Shown one piece after another: positions 46,691-56,117 of a stretch of 64,000 bases of DNA. The notes under the pieces are model-generated. The model was not told the origin of the DNA. It did not search any database and saw only the letters and a program-made list of their open reading frames with translations. The stretch lies in IMG/VR virus record IMGVR_UViG_3300037313_001331; one strand, given 5' to 3'. The DNA is from a virus (taxonomy: Duplodnaviria; Heunggongvirae; Uroviricota; Caudoviricetes). Position 1 is the stretch's first letter, and every line of letters begins with the position of its first letter. Made by a program: the position numbers and the translations under genes.

Positions 46691-47170
46691 TTACCAGCTG
46701 CCGCGGGACGGCGCATCGGCATTGCGTTCATGGGGAACGCTGGGGCGGGGAGTCATCGCTCCCCGCTCCGTCACGAAATCTTCTGGCGCTGCCAGCAGTT
46801 CGGAGAACCAAGTCTCCAAGCCATCGAAGTGCTCAATGGCGTCTTGCAGGGGCAGCGTCACGCCACTGATCTCCTTCGCGAGTTCAAGGTCCGCCGGCGC
46901 GAAGGCGGCACCCACGATGTAGGATTTGTTGGGCAGGTCGTTGTCCACGTACAGGTCGGCCAGGCGGAACTTCTCGTCGCCGATGAATGAGTGCGGAAGT
47001 GCCACTGTGCCGCCGGCCTTGGTTGTCTTCCGGAAGCGCACCTTCAGCACCGCCGGTCCCTTGATCTGGAACACCGGAGCGTCCTTACCCATCGCCGCCT
47101 GCTTGGCGGTGGCCAGAATCCGACGCAGATCGATGCGCCTCTCCTGCAGCTCAGCCTTGCCTATACGCAC
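46691..47170 (-). CDS. hypothetical protein
   Basis: 159-aa ORF. Confidence 0.5.
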   Translation of the reverse strand: MRIGKAELQERRIDLRRILATAKQAAMGKDAPVFQIKGPAVLKVRFRKTTKAGGTVALPHSFIGDEKFRLADLYVDNDLPNKSYIVGAAFAPADLELAKEISGVTLPLQDAIEHFDGLETWFSELLAAPEDFVTERGAMTPRPSVPHERNADAPSRGSW

Positions 47171-49098
47171 AGCGAGCCCTCCACGGTCGAGGTGCCGTCC
47201 TTCTTGCGGACCACGGTCACCTCGTCACACCAGTCCCTGAGTTCGTTGTGGCTGATCACCAGCACCGTGCCTCGCTCCCGAGCCTTGCGCTCCAGCAGCG
47301 TCATCAGGCGCTCCAGACCGGCGGCGTCCATCGCCTCGTCGATCTCGTCACCGATCCACAGCTCGATGGGGTTCGCGGCCCGGGAAGCGACCAGGTCCTG
47401 CAGCGCGAGGCCGCATGCCAGGCGCACGCGCTTCTTCTCGCCGCCCGACAGGCCCTGGAAGTTGTCGCTGCCCTTGTCGTTGTGCACGTCGATGGAGAAC
47501 TTCTCCTTCAGGTCGCCCTTGGCGCCCTTGGTCAGCGTGGTCCAGGTCGCGTGCATGTTCCCGTCCGACAGCACCGAGAGGTAGTCGGCGGTTCGGTCGT
47601 TCAGGAACGGCGTCACCGTGTCGAGGATCTGCGCCCGAACGCCGGCCGGCCCGAAGACCTTCACCACCGACTCGGCGATCTCCAGCGCCTCCTGCTTCGT
47701 CGCGACCTGGGTGGTCAGCTCGCCCATCTTGCTGGCGTGCTCTGCGACCTGGGTTTCGAGCATGGTCACGGTCGCCGCGTGCGGGTTGCTCTCGGTCTTG
47801 CGCAGCTCGACCTGTTCCTTCGCCTTGTCGAGCGCCGCCTTCATGCGCTCGATCTCGTCCTTGCCTTGTTGGAAGCGCGTCACGACGGCCTGGAGGCCCG
47901 TGCGCTCAGCAGTGATCGCCGACACGTCGGGCACCTTGCGGCGCGCTTCCGTTGCTGCAGCTGCCGCCCAAGTGGCGGCAGTGACCTGCTTCAGAACCAG
48001 AGCCTTCACGGCCGCGAGGTTGTCCTTTGCCGTTGTCAGCAGCGTCTCGACGTGGGCGATCAGCTCGCTCTGTTCCGATTCGGTGTGCGTCTTCCCGCAG
48101 GACTCACACGGCGCGATCTTGCCAGCCCGGGTGGCCTCCAGCTGCTTCTCCAGCTGCGCGATTGTTTTCTCGGCAGCGTCCTTTTTGTGCTTCTCGATGC
48201 CGCGTAGGGCCGCCTGGTGCTTGGTCTCCGCGTCACGGGCGGCACGCTCCAGCTCACCGTGCTTCTCCAGCTCGGTGTCGATCTCGGCGATGCGCACCAC
48301 GGCCGCGTCGTGCCCCTTCTTCGAGGCCAAGACGTTCGCCAGGTGCGTGCGCAGCTTCAGCTCCTGCTCCGTGACCGCGACGGTCGCCTCGTCGACGCGA
48401 ACACCGCGCCCCTTTTCCCAGGCGCCATAGTTAGCGCGTGCCTTCAGCAGCGTCTCCTCGACGCGCTTCATCACCGCCTGCAGCGTGGTGCGGGCAGCCT
48501 CCGCGGTCTCCAGCTCACGCTGGGCAGTCGTGCGTCGCTTGGTCGCGATCTCGTAGGCGCGCTCGTAGCGCCGCAGCCCTGCCGCCTCTTCGACCAGGGT
48601 CTTCAGCTCCTTGTCGGTCTTCATGGGCAGGTCGGGCATGACCTCCTGACCGCTGTAGACCGCGGCCATGAAGACCTCCTGGCTGCAACCCAGAATGCTC
48701 TCCAGCACCTTCTGGCTCTCGGCTTCGGTGCCTTTGTGCAGGTCGACCGCGCCGGAAGCGGTCACTGCCTGAATCAGCAGGCTGTTCTTGTGGTCCTTGT
48801 GCTTGCGGAACCGCTGGACGACGTAGACAGAATCGCCCTTGCGCAGCGTCAGCTGCACGGAGCAATCCTTCTTGGCGGTCTGATTGACCACCTTGTCGCC
48901 CTTGATGCCGCGGGCAGTCGTCCCGAACAGCACCCAGCAGATCGCGTCGACCAGGCTGGACTTGCCGGCGCCGTTGCTCGACGCGGACCCGTCATCCTCG
49001 TTCTTGCCCTGGATCAGGTGCAGCCCACGATCCTGCAGATCAACGGCAGCTCGCCCGATGGTCAGAAAGTTCTGAATGTAGAGGCGAACAAACTTCAC
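47161..49098 (-). CDS. SbcC/Rad50-like ATPase
   Basis: Walker A GAGKSS, coiled coils with CESCGK zinc hook, signature LSGGEKKR, Walker B LWIGDEIDE; GTG start overlapping upstream TGA (GTGA). Confidence 0.85.
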   Translation of the reverse strand: MKFVRLYIQNFLTIGRAAVDLQDRGLHLIQGKNEDDGSASSNGAGKSSLVDAICWVLFGTTARGIKGDKVVNQTAKKDCSVQLTLRKGDSVYVVQRFRKHKDHKNSLLIQAVTASGAVDLHKGTEAESQKVLESILGCSQEVFMAAVYSGQEVMPDLPMKTDKELKTLVEEAAGLRRYERAYEIATKRRTTAQRELETAEAARTTLQAVMKRVEETLLKARANYGAWEKGRGVRVDEATVAVTEQELKLRTHLANVLASKKGHDAAVVRIAEIDTELEKHGELERAARDAETKHQAALRGIEKHKKDAAEKTIAQLEKQLEATRAGKIAPCESCGKTHTESEQSELIAHVETLLTTAKDNLAAVKALVLKQVTAATWAAAAATEARRKVPDVSAITAERTGLQAVVTRFQQGKDEIERMKAALDKAKEQVELRKTESNPHAATVTMLETQVAEHASKMGELTTQVATKQEALEIAESVVKVFGPAGVRAQILDTVTPFLNDRTADYLSVLSDGNMHATWTTLTKGAKGDLKEKFSIDVHNDKGSDNFQGLSGGEKKRVRLACGLALQDLVASRAANPIELWIGDEIDEAMDAAGLERLMTLLERKARERGTVLVISHNELRDWCDEVTVVRKKDGTSTVEGSLCV

Positions 49099-49703
49099 AG
49101 AGTCGCTCCTTCTTCCTTGTGCTCGAACATCCATTCCTCCACCTTGAAGGTCGGGATTCGCTTCCCGTTGCAGTAGGGTTCGAGAATGAACGACTCGTCG
49201 CGGACCTGCTTGCCCTCGAAGAACAGCACGCAGGCCCCCTTCGAGAAGCGGATGCTGTGCACCTGGTCCGCGGTCATCGTGTAGACGGAGCCGACCTCAT
49301 AGGTCCTCTCTTCGATAAGCCAGTCGTCGGGCTTCGCTTCCGGGGTCACCGTGTACTCGCCCATGCCGGCGGCCTGCAGCTTCGAGCGGATGAACTGGTC
49401 ACCCACCTCGTCGGTGTGCGGCCGGACCTTCCGGTAGGTCTGGTTGGTTACCGATCCCGCCAGCACCAGGCAGGCGAAGTTGAATCGGTGGCTGTGCGGC
49501 GTGATGTGGTGTTGCGTCTGGCGGTCAGACCTGAACAGGCGCACTTTCCCGTACTCGCCGCCACCCACCAGCTCACTGGTGAGGCCCGGCAACGCGTAGT
49601 TGCGCACTTCGTCATGTGTCATGCGGCTGACGGCCTCCCTCAGCACCTCCATCGGTGACTGCAGGGCTTCATCCCTCGTCTTCTTGTACGGCCCCATGCT
49701 CAA
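49095..49703 (-). CDS. hypothetical protein between the SbcC-like and SbcD-like genes
   Basis: 202-aa ORF; HITPHSHRF segment. Confidence 0.5.
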   Translation of the reverse strand: MSMGPYKKTRDEALQSPMEVLREAVSRMTHDEVRNYALPGLTSELVGGGEYGKVRLFRSDRQTQHHITPHSHRFNFACLVLAGSVTNQTYRKVRPHTDEVGDQFIRSKLQAAGMGEYTVTPEAKPDDWLIEERTYEVGSVYTMTADQVHSIRFSKGACVLFFEGKQVRDESFILEPYCNGKRIPTFKVEEWMFEHKEEGATL

Positions 49704-50815
49704 ACCTCCACTGTTTCAGCGGCGCCGAGAATCTCGAACGCGGCCTTCGTGACCGCTTCGGTGCGGTCGCCGGCGAAGCCCTTGATGAACTCCGTCACCG
49801 ACGCTTCAAGAGACGCTCCCGAGACCACGCTGGCGGTCACTGCGCCCTCACGAACGGGCGCCTTGGGCATCGCTTGCACCAGCACCGCGCGAGCACCCAT
49901 CGCAAGCAGCTCCTCGCGGGCGGCCGCGGCGTCCTTCGCCTTGTCGGCGTCGACTCGCACGCGGACGTAGTTCCCGTCGACAACCAGGGGCAGCTCATCG
50001 GGCTCGCAGTACTCGGCAGCCTTGCCCAGGTCCACGAACTCCGGGAGGTGCGACTTGCGCCAGATGACCTTGTCGTCATGAACGATCAGGAATCCCGCCC
50101 TGGAGCCGATGTCCGACCAGGTGTGATGGGCCAGAGCACCGATGCTCCAGACCTCACCCACGCCGTGCGAATCAGCGTCACCATGGGTCATGCAGCGGTG
50201 GTTGTGGTAGTGGCCTGCGAACACCCGCTTGAACCCGAGGGACGACAGCCAGGCGGCGTCAAGCCCGTGCGTCGGCAGTCCCTCGATCACGCCGTCGATG
50301 GGGGCGTGAATGATCAAGTCGAATTTCGCAGCGCCACCATTGGCCAGGACGGGAGTCGCGACTGCGGCGAGTTCCAGCTCCTTCTTCAGGTGCTCGATGC
50401 TTTCGATCCATGGGACCAGCACGACGTTCAGGTCCATGTCGAATGAGATCGCATTGCAGACCTTAATGCCCGGGCCTTCGAGTGCCGTGATGGCGCTGCC
50501 CAGGCGGGTGGCATCTTTGCCTTCGAGATCGTGGTTCCCCGCAAGGATCACGATCTCCATGTCCATGCCGATCACGATGTCGTTGAGCGTATCGCGCACG
50601 GGATTGAGCACGCTCGGTGCCACCGAACCCCGCACATGAAACACATCACCGGCGAACACCAGCTTGCGCCCACCAGCAGCCTTCACCTCCTGGGCGGCCC
50701 GCTGGACCTCATCGAGAAGCCCTTGCAGGCGGCTGTTCACGCCGTTCGGCAAGACCGTCGAAAACTGCGACCACGCATGCTTGTGCAGGTCTGCCAGCAA
50801 ACCGTAAGGTGACAT
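49700..50815 (-). CDS. SbcD/Mre11-like metallophosphoesterase nuclease
   Basis: GDVFH, GNHD, GHYH phosphoesterase motifs; ATG after GGGAAGGG. Confidence 0.85.
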   Translation of the reverse strand: MSPYGLLADLHKHAWSQFSTVLPNGVNSRLQGLLDEVQRAAQEVKAAGGRKLVFAGDVFHVRGSVAPSVLNPVRDTLNDIVIGMDMEIVILAGNHDLEGKDATRLGSAITALEGPGIKVCNAISFDMDLNVVLVPWIESIEHLKKELELAAVATPVLANGGAAKFDLIIHAPIDGVIEGLPTHGLDAAWLSSLGFKRVFAGHYHNHRCMTHGDADSHGVGEVWSIGALAHHTWSDIGSRAGFLIVHDDKVIWRKSHLPEFVDLGKAAEYCEPDELPLVVDGNYVRVRVDADKAKDAAAAREELLAMGARAVLVQAMPKAPVREGAVTASVVSGASLEASVTEFIKGFAGDRTEAVTKAAFEILGAAETVEV

Positions 50816-50825
50816 TGCAACCCTT

Positions 50826-50851
50826 CCCAAAAATTGCCCCGCTTGCGGGGC
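50826..50851 (-). terminator. intrinsic terminator
   Basis: minus strand CCCCGC-aa-GCGGGG followed by CAATTTTTGGG, between a TATAAT box and the sbcD-like SD. Confidence 0.5.
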
Positions 50852-50859
50852 TTCAATCA

Positions 50860-50885
50860 ATTATAGAGAGTTAGTCAGTGATGAC
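50860..50885 (-). promoter_or_regulatory. class A box plus TATAAT
   Basis: minus strand GTCATCACTGACTAACTCTCTATAAT; the box spans the SleB-like stop codon. Confidence 0.45.
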
Positions 50886-51296
50886 TGAGTCATTCGGGCG
50901 ATAGAAGCGGTGGTCGCCGATCTTTTTCGTCGCCACCATCGCGAGCCGCCACGCCGGGCGCACCCAGGTGGCGTGGTAGAACTTCGATCCACCCGTGAAG
51001 TCGTACATGCGGCCGTTGATCGTCATGAGCGCCACACGGTTCGCCACCCACCAGGCGTGCTCCTCCCGCGGCATCAGGCCGGCCGGGATCACCCAGCCCT
51101 GCTTCGTGCGCACAACGGCATTTGTCCACGAAAACTGGTGTGGCTTGAAGACCTCGGTGCACACCTTGTCGTTGTCCAGCTCGGCACGATTCACCGTCAC
51201 CAGCGCGACGGCGTACTGGCCTGGGATAGTCTGATTGCGGCTCTCGTGGTAGACGTTGAGCGCCAGGCAGGCGAGCGCAGTGCTGACCAGCATCAT
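50871..51296 (-). CDS. SleB/CwlJ-like cell wall hydrolase
   Basis: CLALNVYHESRNQ, like the Hydrolase_2 family; stop codon lies inside a class A box. Confidence 0.6.
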   Translation of the reverse strand: MMLVSTALACLALNVYHESRNQTIPGQYAVALVTVNRAELDNDKVCTEVFKPHQFSWTNAVVRTKQGWVIPAGLMPREEHAWWVANRVALMTINGRMYDFTGGSKFYHATWVRPAWRLAMVATKKIGDHRFYRPNDSVITD

Positions 51297-51637
51297 TTGG
51301 CAGCCTTTCCCGGTCTCGCTTCATGATGCGCGACAAACTCCATCGGGGTCGCGAACACCAGTTCGGTGTTCTTGGGTAGTACCAGGTTCGGCGGGTCGAC
51401 GCGCTTGCAGACGTTTCTCCGATAGATCGCCATGCCGGCGCACTGGGCGCCTCTCAGCGTGTGGCAATGCACCACGTGATCGCTGTGGGCCAGCTGAACG
51501 TACTCTCCGGGAGTAGCGCCGCCCAACCAGCCGTTGAGTGCGGTACGGGTCATCGGGCAGTCTGAACAGGGCGCGGTGTGTTGGCGCTTTGCGGGCTTCG
51601 CCTCCCTGCTGCTGATGAGTTGTCGCTTTGTGTTCAT
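51293..51637 (-). CDS. hypothetical Cys/His-rich protein
   Basis: 114-aa ORF. Confidence 0.45.
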   Translation of the reverse strand: MNTKRQLISSREAKPAKRQHTAPCSDCPMTRTALNGWLGGATPGEYVQLAHSDHVVHCHTLRGAQCAGMAIYRRNVCKRVDPPNLVLPKNTELVFATPMEFVAHHEARPGKAAK

Positions 51638-52110
51638 GGTGAGACTTTGCTGGGTGCTCTTCGGCTCGTCCCGGGGATTCGCATGCGCTCGGTGAGGGAC
51701 TCCTCACGCATGTCCTCGGGCGGGCGCTTGACGGCGAAGAGCCGTTCGGGGATGTGCCAGTGCATGCCGCCCGTGAAGGGGTGCTTGCCATGGCTCTTGT
51801 AGGTGACACCCTTGTCCTTGCCGGCTTGGCCAAAGGCGTCCATGTGGATCAGCATGCGGGTGCCGTCTTCGATCAGCATGCCCACGTGCGTCACCCCGTA
51901 GGCCCGAATGGCGGAGATAGTCTCGGCGGGGATCGCCCAGGACTCGTCTGCTCGGATGTACTCGTCGGTGCGCCGCGGCATCCAGTAGATGTTCAGGCGC
52001 AGGCCCTTGAAGCTGTGGATCTCGCCGGCCTTGCGGCGGTGCCGGCGCACCATGCGAACGGTGTGGGTGCCGGCCCGCTTCGGTTCACCGACCTTCGTGG
52101 ACATGGACAT
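51634..52110 (-). CDS. hypothetical protein
   Basis: 158-aa ORF. Confidence 0.45.
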   Translation of the reverse strand: MSMSTKVGEPKRAGTHTVRMVRRHRRKAGEIHSFKGLRLNIYWMPRRTDEYIRADESWAIPAETISAIRAYGVTHVGMLIEDGTRMLIHMDAFGQAGKDKGVTYKSHGKHPFTGGMHWHIPERLFAVKRPPEDMREESLTERMRIPGTSRRAPSKVSP

Positions 52111-52444
52111 GCACCTTCAGGCCGCGCAGTCGAGCTGCGTCGATCATGTGCTTCGTGCCCCGGCTGCGGCCATCCCAGAACGCCACCAGCCCGTCGGCGT
52201 AGTCGGCCATCTGACAGTTGCGCACCAGGCCGGCCCGCTTGCCGGCGTACCCATTCCAATCGGGAATGAACTGGCGAATCGGCAGGTTGTTCCGGTTTGC
52301 CCAGGTCTCGCCCAGCTGGTCGACGCCGCGGGCGCCGCCGCTGACGACCTCCGTGATTTTCCAGTCCCAGAGCAGCGGCTCCATCACCTGCTGGATGAGC
52401 TTGTAGTCCGTGATCCCCCGACTGCCGGCGATGATGACCTTCAT
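52085..52444 (-). CDS. SLOG/DUF2493-like protein
   Basis: MKVIIAGSRGITDY...VVSGGARGVDQLGE...LVAFWDGRSRGTKHMI pattern. Confidence 0.5.
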   Translation of the reverse strand: MKVIIAGSRGITDYKLIQQVMEPLLWDWKITEVVSGGARGVDQLGETWANRNNLPIRQFIPDWNGYAGKRAGLVRNCQMADYADGLVAFWDGRSRGTKHMIDAARLRGLKVHVHVHEGR

Positions 52445-52662
52445 GCGTCAACCTCGATTCGGTCGAGGCAGTACTCCACCTGGTCGACGAAGGTGAAGTT
52501 CATCCCGCCAGTGCTTGTACGCCCACACCGCATGCACGCTCTGAGCCCCCGCATGAAGTACGGGTTGTAGCGGGCTCGAAGGAACGCCATCATCTCCGGC
52601 GTGTAGTACCGCGCCCGCATCTTGCGGCGCCAGGTCTCACGCTTGCCGAAACGCTTGGGCAT
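52441..52662 (-). CDS. hypothetical protein
   Basis: 73-aa ORF with CMRCGR. Confidence 0.4.
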   Translation of the reverse strand: MPKRFGKRETWRRKMRARYYTPEMMAFLRARYNPYFMRGLRACMRCGRTSTGGMNFTFVDQVEYCLDRIEVDA

Positions 52663-52663
52663 G

Positions 52664-52933
52664 TCAGTGGTAGTCCGAACAGCGGTGTGGAAGAAATGCC
52701 ATCGGCACGAATTCGACTCGACAGCCTTCAGGTAGCAGCCGCTCGACGATGGATCGATTGGAGTTGCACTGAGGCGAACCGGTGCTACTCGGCCTGAGCT
52801 TGAAGAACAGCGCCTCGTTCTCCGGAGTGATGGCCCAGTACCTTTCGCCCATGCAAATGCGACCGGACTTCGGGGTCGTGATGTCCGAGAGGGGCACCCG
52901 CACGAATCGCGGGTCAGACAACGACAGCGGCAT
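52664..52933 (-). CDS. hypothetical protein
   Basis: 89-aa ORF. Confidence 0.4.
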   Translation of the reverse strand: MPLSLSDPRFVRVPLSDITTPKSGRICMGERYWAITPENEALFFKLRPSSTGSPQCNSNRSIVERLLPEGCRVEFVPMAFLPHRCSDYH

Positions 52934-52934
52934 G

Positions 52935-53222
52935 TCAGGCGTCCTCTGAGATCTCGTGCAGGCCGCCGCGGGCGGTCAGGCCCCAGCTGCGCTTGGGCAC
53001 ACGGTCACCGCCAGGGCCTTGCCCGTTCAGGAGAGCGACGATTGCGGCCTTGTCGGTCGGGATCTCCAGCTCGTCGATGAAGGTCTCGCCGTAGTAGGGC
53101 TTGGGCGAGAGCTTTGCCTCGGTGTGGGCGCCGCCCTCGCCCGTGAGGTTGGCGCAGTAGCTGGCCGGGTAGAGGTTGTCGCCGCAGGCGGCTTCAGGCC
53201 GGGTCACACGAAACACTCGCAT
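52935..53222 (-). CDS. hypothetical protein
   Basis: 95-aa ORF. Confidence 0.4.
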   Translation of the reverse strand: MRVFRVTRPEAACGDNLYPASYCANLTGEGGAHTEAKLSPKPYYGETFIDELEIPTDKAAIVALLNGQGPGGDRVPKRSWGLTARGGLHEISEDA

Positions 53223-53560
53223 CAGGAATCTCCTTCAGGTAGATGACACTCACCATCGAGTGAGGGTGAACTCTCCCGGGTGGGTATCGGCGCGTCATCG
53301 ACGCAATCAAAAGTGCCGCGCGATCCTCGGCAGGGTGCTCGCGCCAGTTGTGGGCAAGGGCCGAGTGATGCTCTGCCATGTCGGTCAGCTCACCGGTCAC
53401 CACCCGTTCAACGACGGCGCGCTTCAGCAGCTTCTTGCTACGTGAATCGACCAGCTCCACCTGTGCGCCCTCGGGGCACTTCTCGACCCACGAGAGGCCC
53501 AGGCGGAACGTGTTGAACTGGCCCGTGAGGCCGCGGCGGGGATATGAGAAAGCGATCTGC
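53194..53560 (-). CDS. hypothetical protein
   Basis: internal ATG directly after CTCTACAGTGAAAGC. Confidence 0.45.
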
Positions 53561-53600
53561 ATGCTTTCACTGTAGAGACGACACGCAGATCGCTCGGCGC

Positions 53601-53903
53601 TCAGAAGCTGCCGCTGTCCACCTTCGACTTGACGAAGTCGAGGATGCGCGTGGCCGAGTCCTTGCGGCTGTAGATAGAAGCGGCGCCCGGGATCGTGCTG
53701 GGCTCCACCTGGCACAGGGCCAGGCGCTTGAGCACCTGTAGGATGATGCCGATGGCCTGCACTTCGCAGTCGTCACTCTCCACCTGGAACGACATGCACA
53801 GCGGATCAATTGCTGGGCGGAAGAACTGGTGGTGGCTATCCTCCAGCGGAGGATCGAAGCGCACGGTCCCGTCGGGGTTCACGATGACTTCGTGGCGACT
53901 CAT
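53601..53903 (-). CDS. hypothetical protein
   Basis: 100-aa ORF. Confidence 0.45.
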   Translation of the reverse strand: MSRHEVIVNPDGTVRFDPPLEDSHHQFFRPAIDPLCMSFQVESDDCEVQAIGIILQVLKRLALCQVEPSTIPGAASIYSRKDSATRILDFVKSKVDSGSF

Positions 53904-54940
53904 GCTTCGGACCCCACCAGCAGCTCGTGCAGCTCACCCACGCGGCCTTCAGCGTTGATCTTGTCCACCAGCTGGCCGGCGAAGTAGGTCTTGCCGTCGA
54001 AGGTGATGCGCCCGCTCTTGTCCTTGTCCAGCTTCTTCGCCGCGATCAGCTCTTCGATGTAGCCGCGGGTGAAGTCGAACGACGCGAGGCCCTTGTCGTC
54101 ATAGGCCAGGCGCAGCTCCACTTCCTGGAACGGCATGCAGATCTTGTTCTTCTTCGTGTTCAGGCAAATCACTGCCGCGTCCAGCCCGCCGTCCTTCTTG
54201 TCCTTCTCCAGCTTGCGACCGGTGAAGATGCGGGTGGTGGCATAGAACTCCATGGCCGCGCCGCCCGGGGTTGTGGTCGGGTCGCCGTACACGACGCCAG
54301 GCTTCGTGCGGATCTGGTTGAGATAGATGCCCGTGACATCGAACTCACCCACCGCCTGGTTCACGGCCTTGAGCGTCGTCGATGAGACGCGAGCCAGGGC
54401 AGTGGTGTCGTTCATGGTGTACTCGTCGATCTCGCGGCGCTTCCCGTCCTTGTCGTAGAGCACGGACTTCGGAATGGCCGATGCAATGGAGTCGCACACG
54501 TAGACGATGGGTGCATCCGGGGCGATCAGCTTCCGCTTGCGGATCGTCTCTGCCACCTTGAGCGCAGCGGTATTGCCCTCTTCCCAGGTTTCCGACCGCT
54601 TGTAGACGAAGCGAGGGAAGGTGGTATCCAGCCCCAGCAGCTGGGCGAATGCCGCATTGAAGGTCCGCTCCCAGTCGATGAACACCGCGACGCCACCGGC
54701 CTTCTGCGCCGCGATCATCGCGAGGGTGGCCAGCAGGGTCTTGCCCGAGGCGGACGGGCCGGCGATCTCGATGAGTCGGCCGCCCGGCAGACCGCGGCCA
54801 TAGAAGCCGCTCAGGATCTTGTTCAGGGGCGCGTAGCCCATGTCGAGCCACAGTGAAGGCTCGGTCTCTTCATCGTTGGCTCCCACCGCTCCCAGTAGGG
54901 CGGCGCCCAGGGCGGCGAGGTCAAGTGATTTTGCGGACAT
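53900..54940 (-). CDS. RecA-family recombinase
   Basis: Walker A GPSASGKT, Walker B-like VYVCDS and RecA-core layout. Confidence 0.85.
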   Translation of the reverse strand: MSAKSLDLAALGAALLGAVGANDEETEPSLWLDMGYAPLNKILSGFYGRGLPGGRLIEIAGPSASGKTLLATLAMIAAQKAGGVAVFIDWERTFNAAFAQLLGLDTTFPRFVYKRSETWEEGNTAALKVAETIRKRKLIAPDAPIVYVCDSIASAIPKSVLYDKDGKRREIDEYTMNDTTALARVSSTTLKAVNQAVGEFDVTGIYLNQIRTKPGVVYGDPTTTPGGAAMEFYATTRIFTGRKLEKDKKDGGLDAAVICLNTKKNKICMPFQEVELRLAYDDKGLASFDFTRGYIEELIAAKKLDKDKSGRITFDGKTYFAGQLVDKINAEGRVGELHELLVGSEA

Positions 54941-55009
54941 GCTTTTCTCTTTCTTGTAGTGGTGGGCTCAGTGCTGGCCCGGTTGTGGCTCAGGCGGACG
55001 CCTGGCCGG

Positions 55010-55972
55010 TCAAGCGGCCATCGCCATTGCTGGCGCCGGCACGTCGATTCCGAAGTTCTGCAGGAAGGCCCGGCGGTCGCGCAGAATCGAGGCGAAGTTC
55101 AGCCGCTCGCACAGGTGCAGGAACTTCTCGGGGTCGGGCTTCTTGTGGACGATCTGGACCTCGCCCGGCAGCGGCTTGCGCGCCTGCGCCAGGTCCAGCA
55201 GCTTGAAGTTGCGTCGCACCAGCGCCCTACCCTCCTCGCTGGCCAGAAACTGCTCTGGGTGAAGAGACTTGGCGGTCTTCGACTTGCGCGTGGCCGGCGT
55301 GTAGGCGCCCGAGTCGACGGCGTCCCAGAAGGCCTGAACCGTCTTCCACTTGGCGATGAACTGGTAGCACGCGGCACTCTTCTCGCCCATGCCATCGACA
55401 CCCGGGACGTTGTCGTTCGCGTCGCCGTTGATGGCCTTGCCCTGGGCAAACTCCTCGGGGCTGAAGAAGCCGGTGAACTCCAGGAAGTTCTCCAGCGAGA
55501 CCTTGCGGTCACGAATCGGATCGAACCAGGTGGTGGTCGCGTTGACCATGCGCAGCCAGTCGCGGTCGCCCGTCACCATGACCGTGCGCGTCCCGGGGCG
55601 GGCTGCGACGGTGTGCCAGCCCAGGTCGTCTGCTTCGAGCAACGGGGAGCGCAGCTGACGCACCCCGAGGTACTCCATGAACTTCTCGATGAAGGGCGTC
55701 TGGCGCTTGAAGGCATCCTTCGATGCCTGCTCCTCTGGCGTCTTCGCCACCCGGTTGCCCTTGTACTCGGGGTACAGCTCGTAGCGGAACTCGGCACGAC
55801 CGTCCCACAGGATCAGCGGTGTGCCGTTCGGGTAGGTCTGCATCAGCTTCCGCATCGAGTGCAGGAAGCCGAAGATGGCTTGCACTTCCATCGTGCCCAC
55901 GGTCAGGGTGTTGGCCTGGTCGTTCGCATGGGCGATGGAGTTGCCGTCAACGGCGAGAAGGAGTTTCGTCAT
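55010..55972 (-). CDS. 5'-3' exonuclease / flap endonuclease (FEN, Pol I 5'-exo-like)
   Basis: LLAVDGNSIA, TGDRD, GVDGMGEKSA motifs. Confidence 0.85.
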   Translation of the reverse strand: MTKLLLAVDGNSIAHANDQANTLTVGTMEVQAIFGFLHSMRKLMQTYPNGTPLILWDGRAEFRYELYPEYKGNRVAKTPEEQASKDAFKRQTPFIEKFMEYLGVRQLRSPLLEADDLGWHTVAARPGTRTVMVTGDRDWLRMVNATTTWFDPIRDRKVSLENFLEFTGFFSPEEFAQGKAINGDANDNVPGVDGMGEKSAACYQFIAKWKTVQAFWDAVDSGAYTPATRKSKTAKSLHPEQFLASEEGRALVRRNFKLLDLAQARKPLPGEVQIVHKKPDPEKFLHLCERLNFASILRDRRAFLQNFGIDVPAPAMAMAA

Positions 55973-56117
55973 CGCGTTTCAAATGGCAAATGTGAGCGCC
56001 AGGTCAGACCGGACGGCTTGATGTCATCGATGCCGGCCATGCATAGTGCTGGCGCTCAGGTTTGCCTTCGTCACGAGAAAAATGGGGCGGCGCGATGCCG
56101 CCCCGTGGGGTTGTCGA

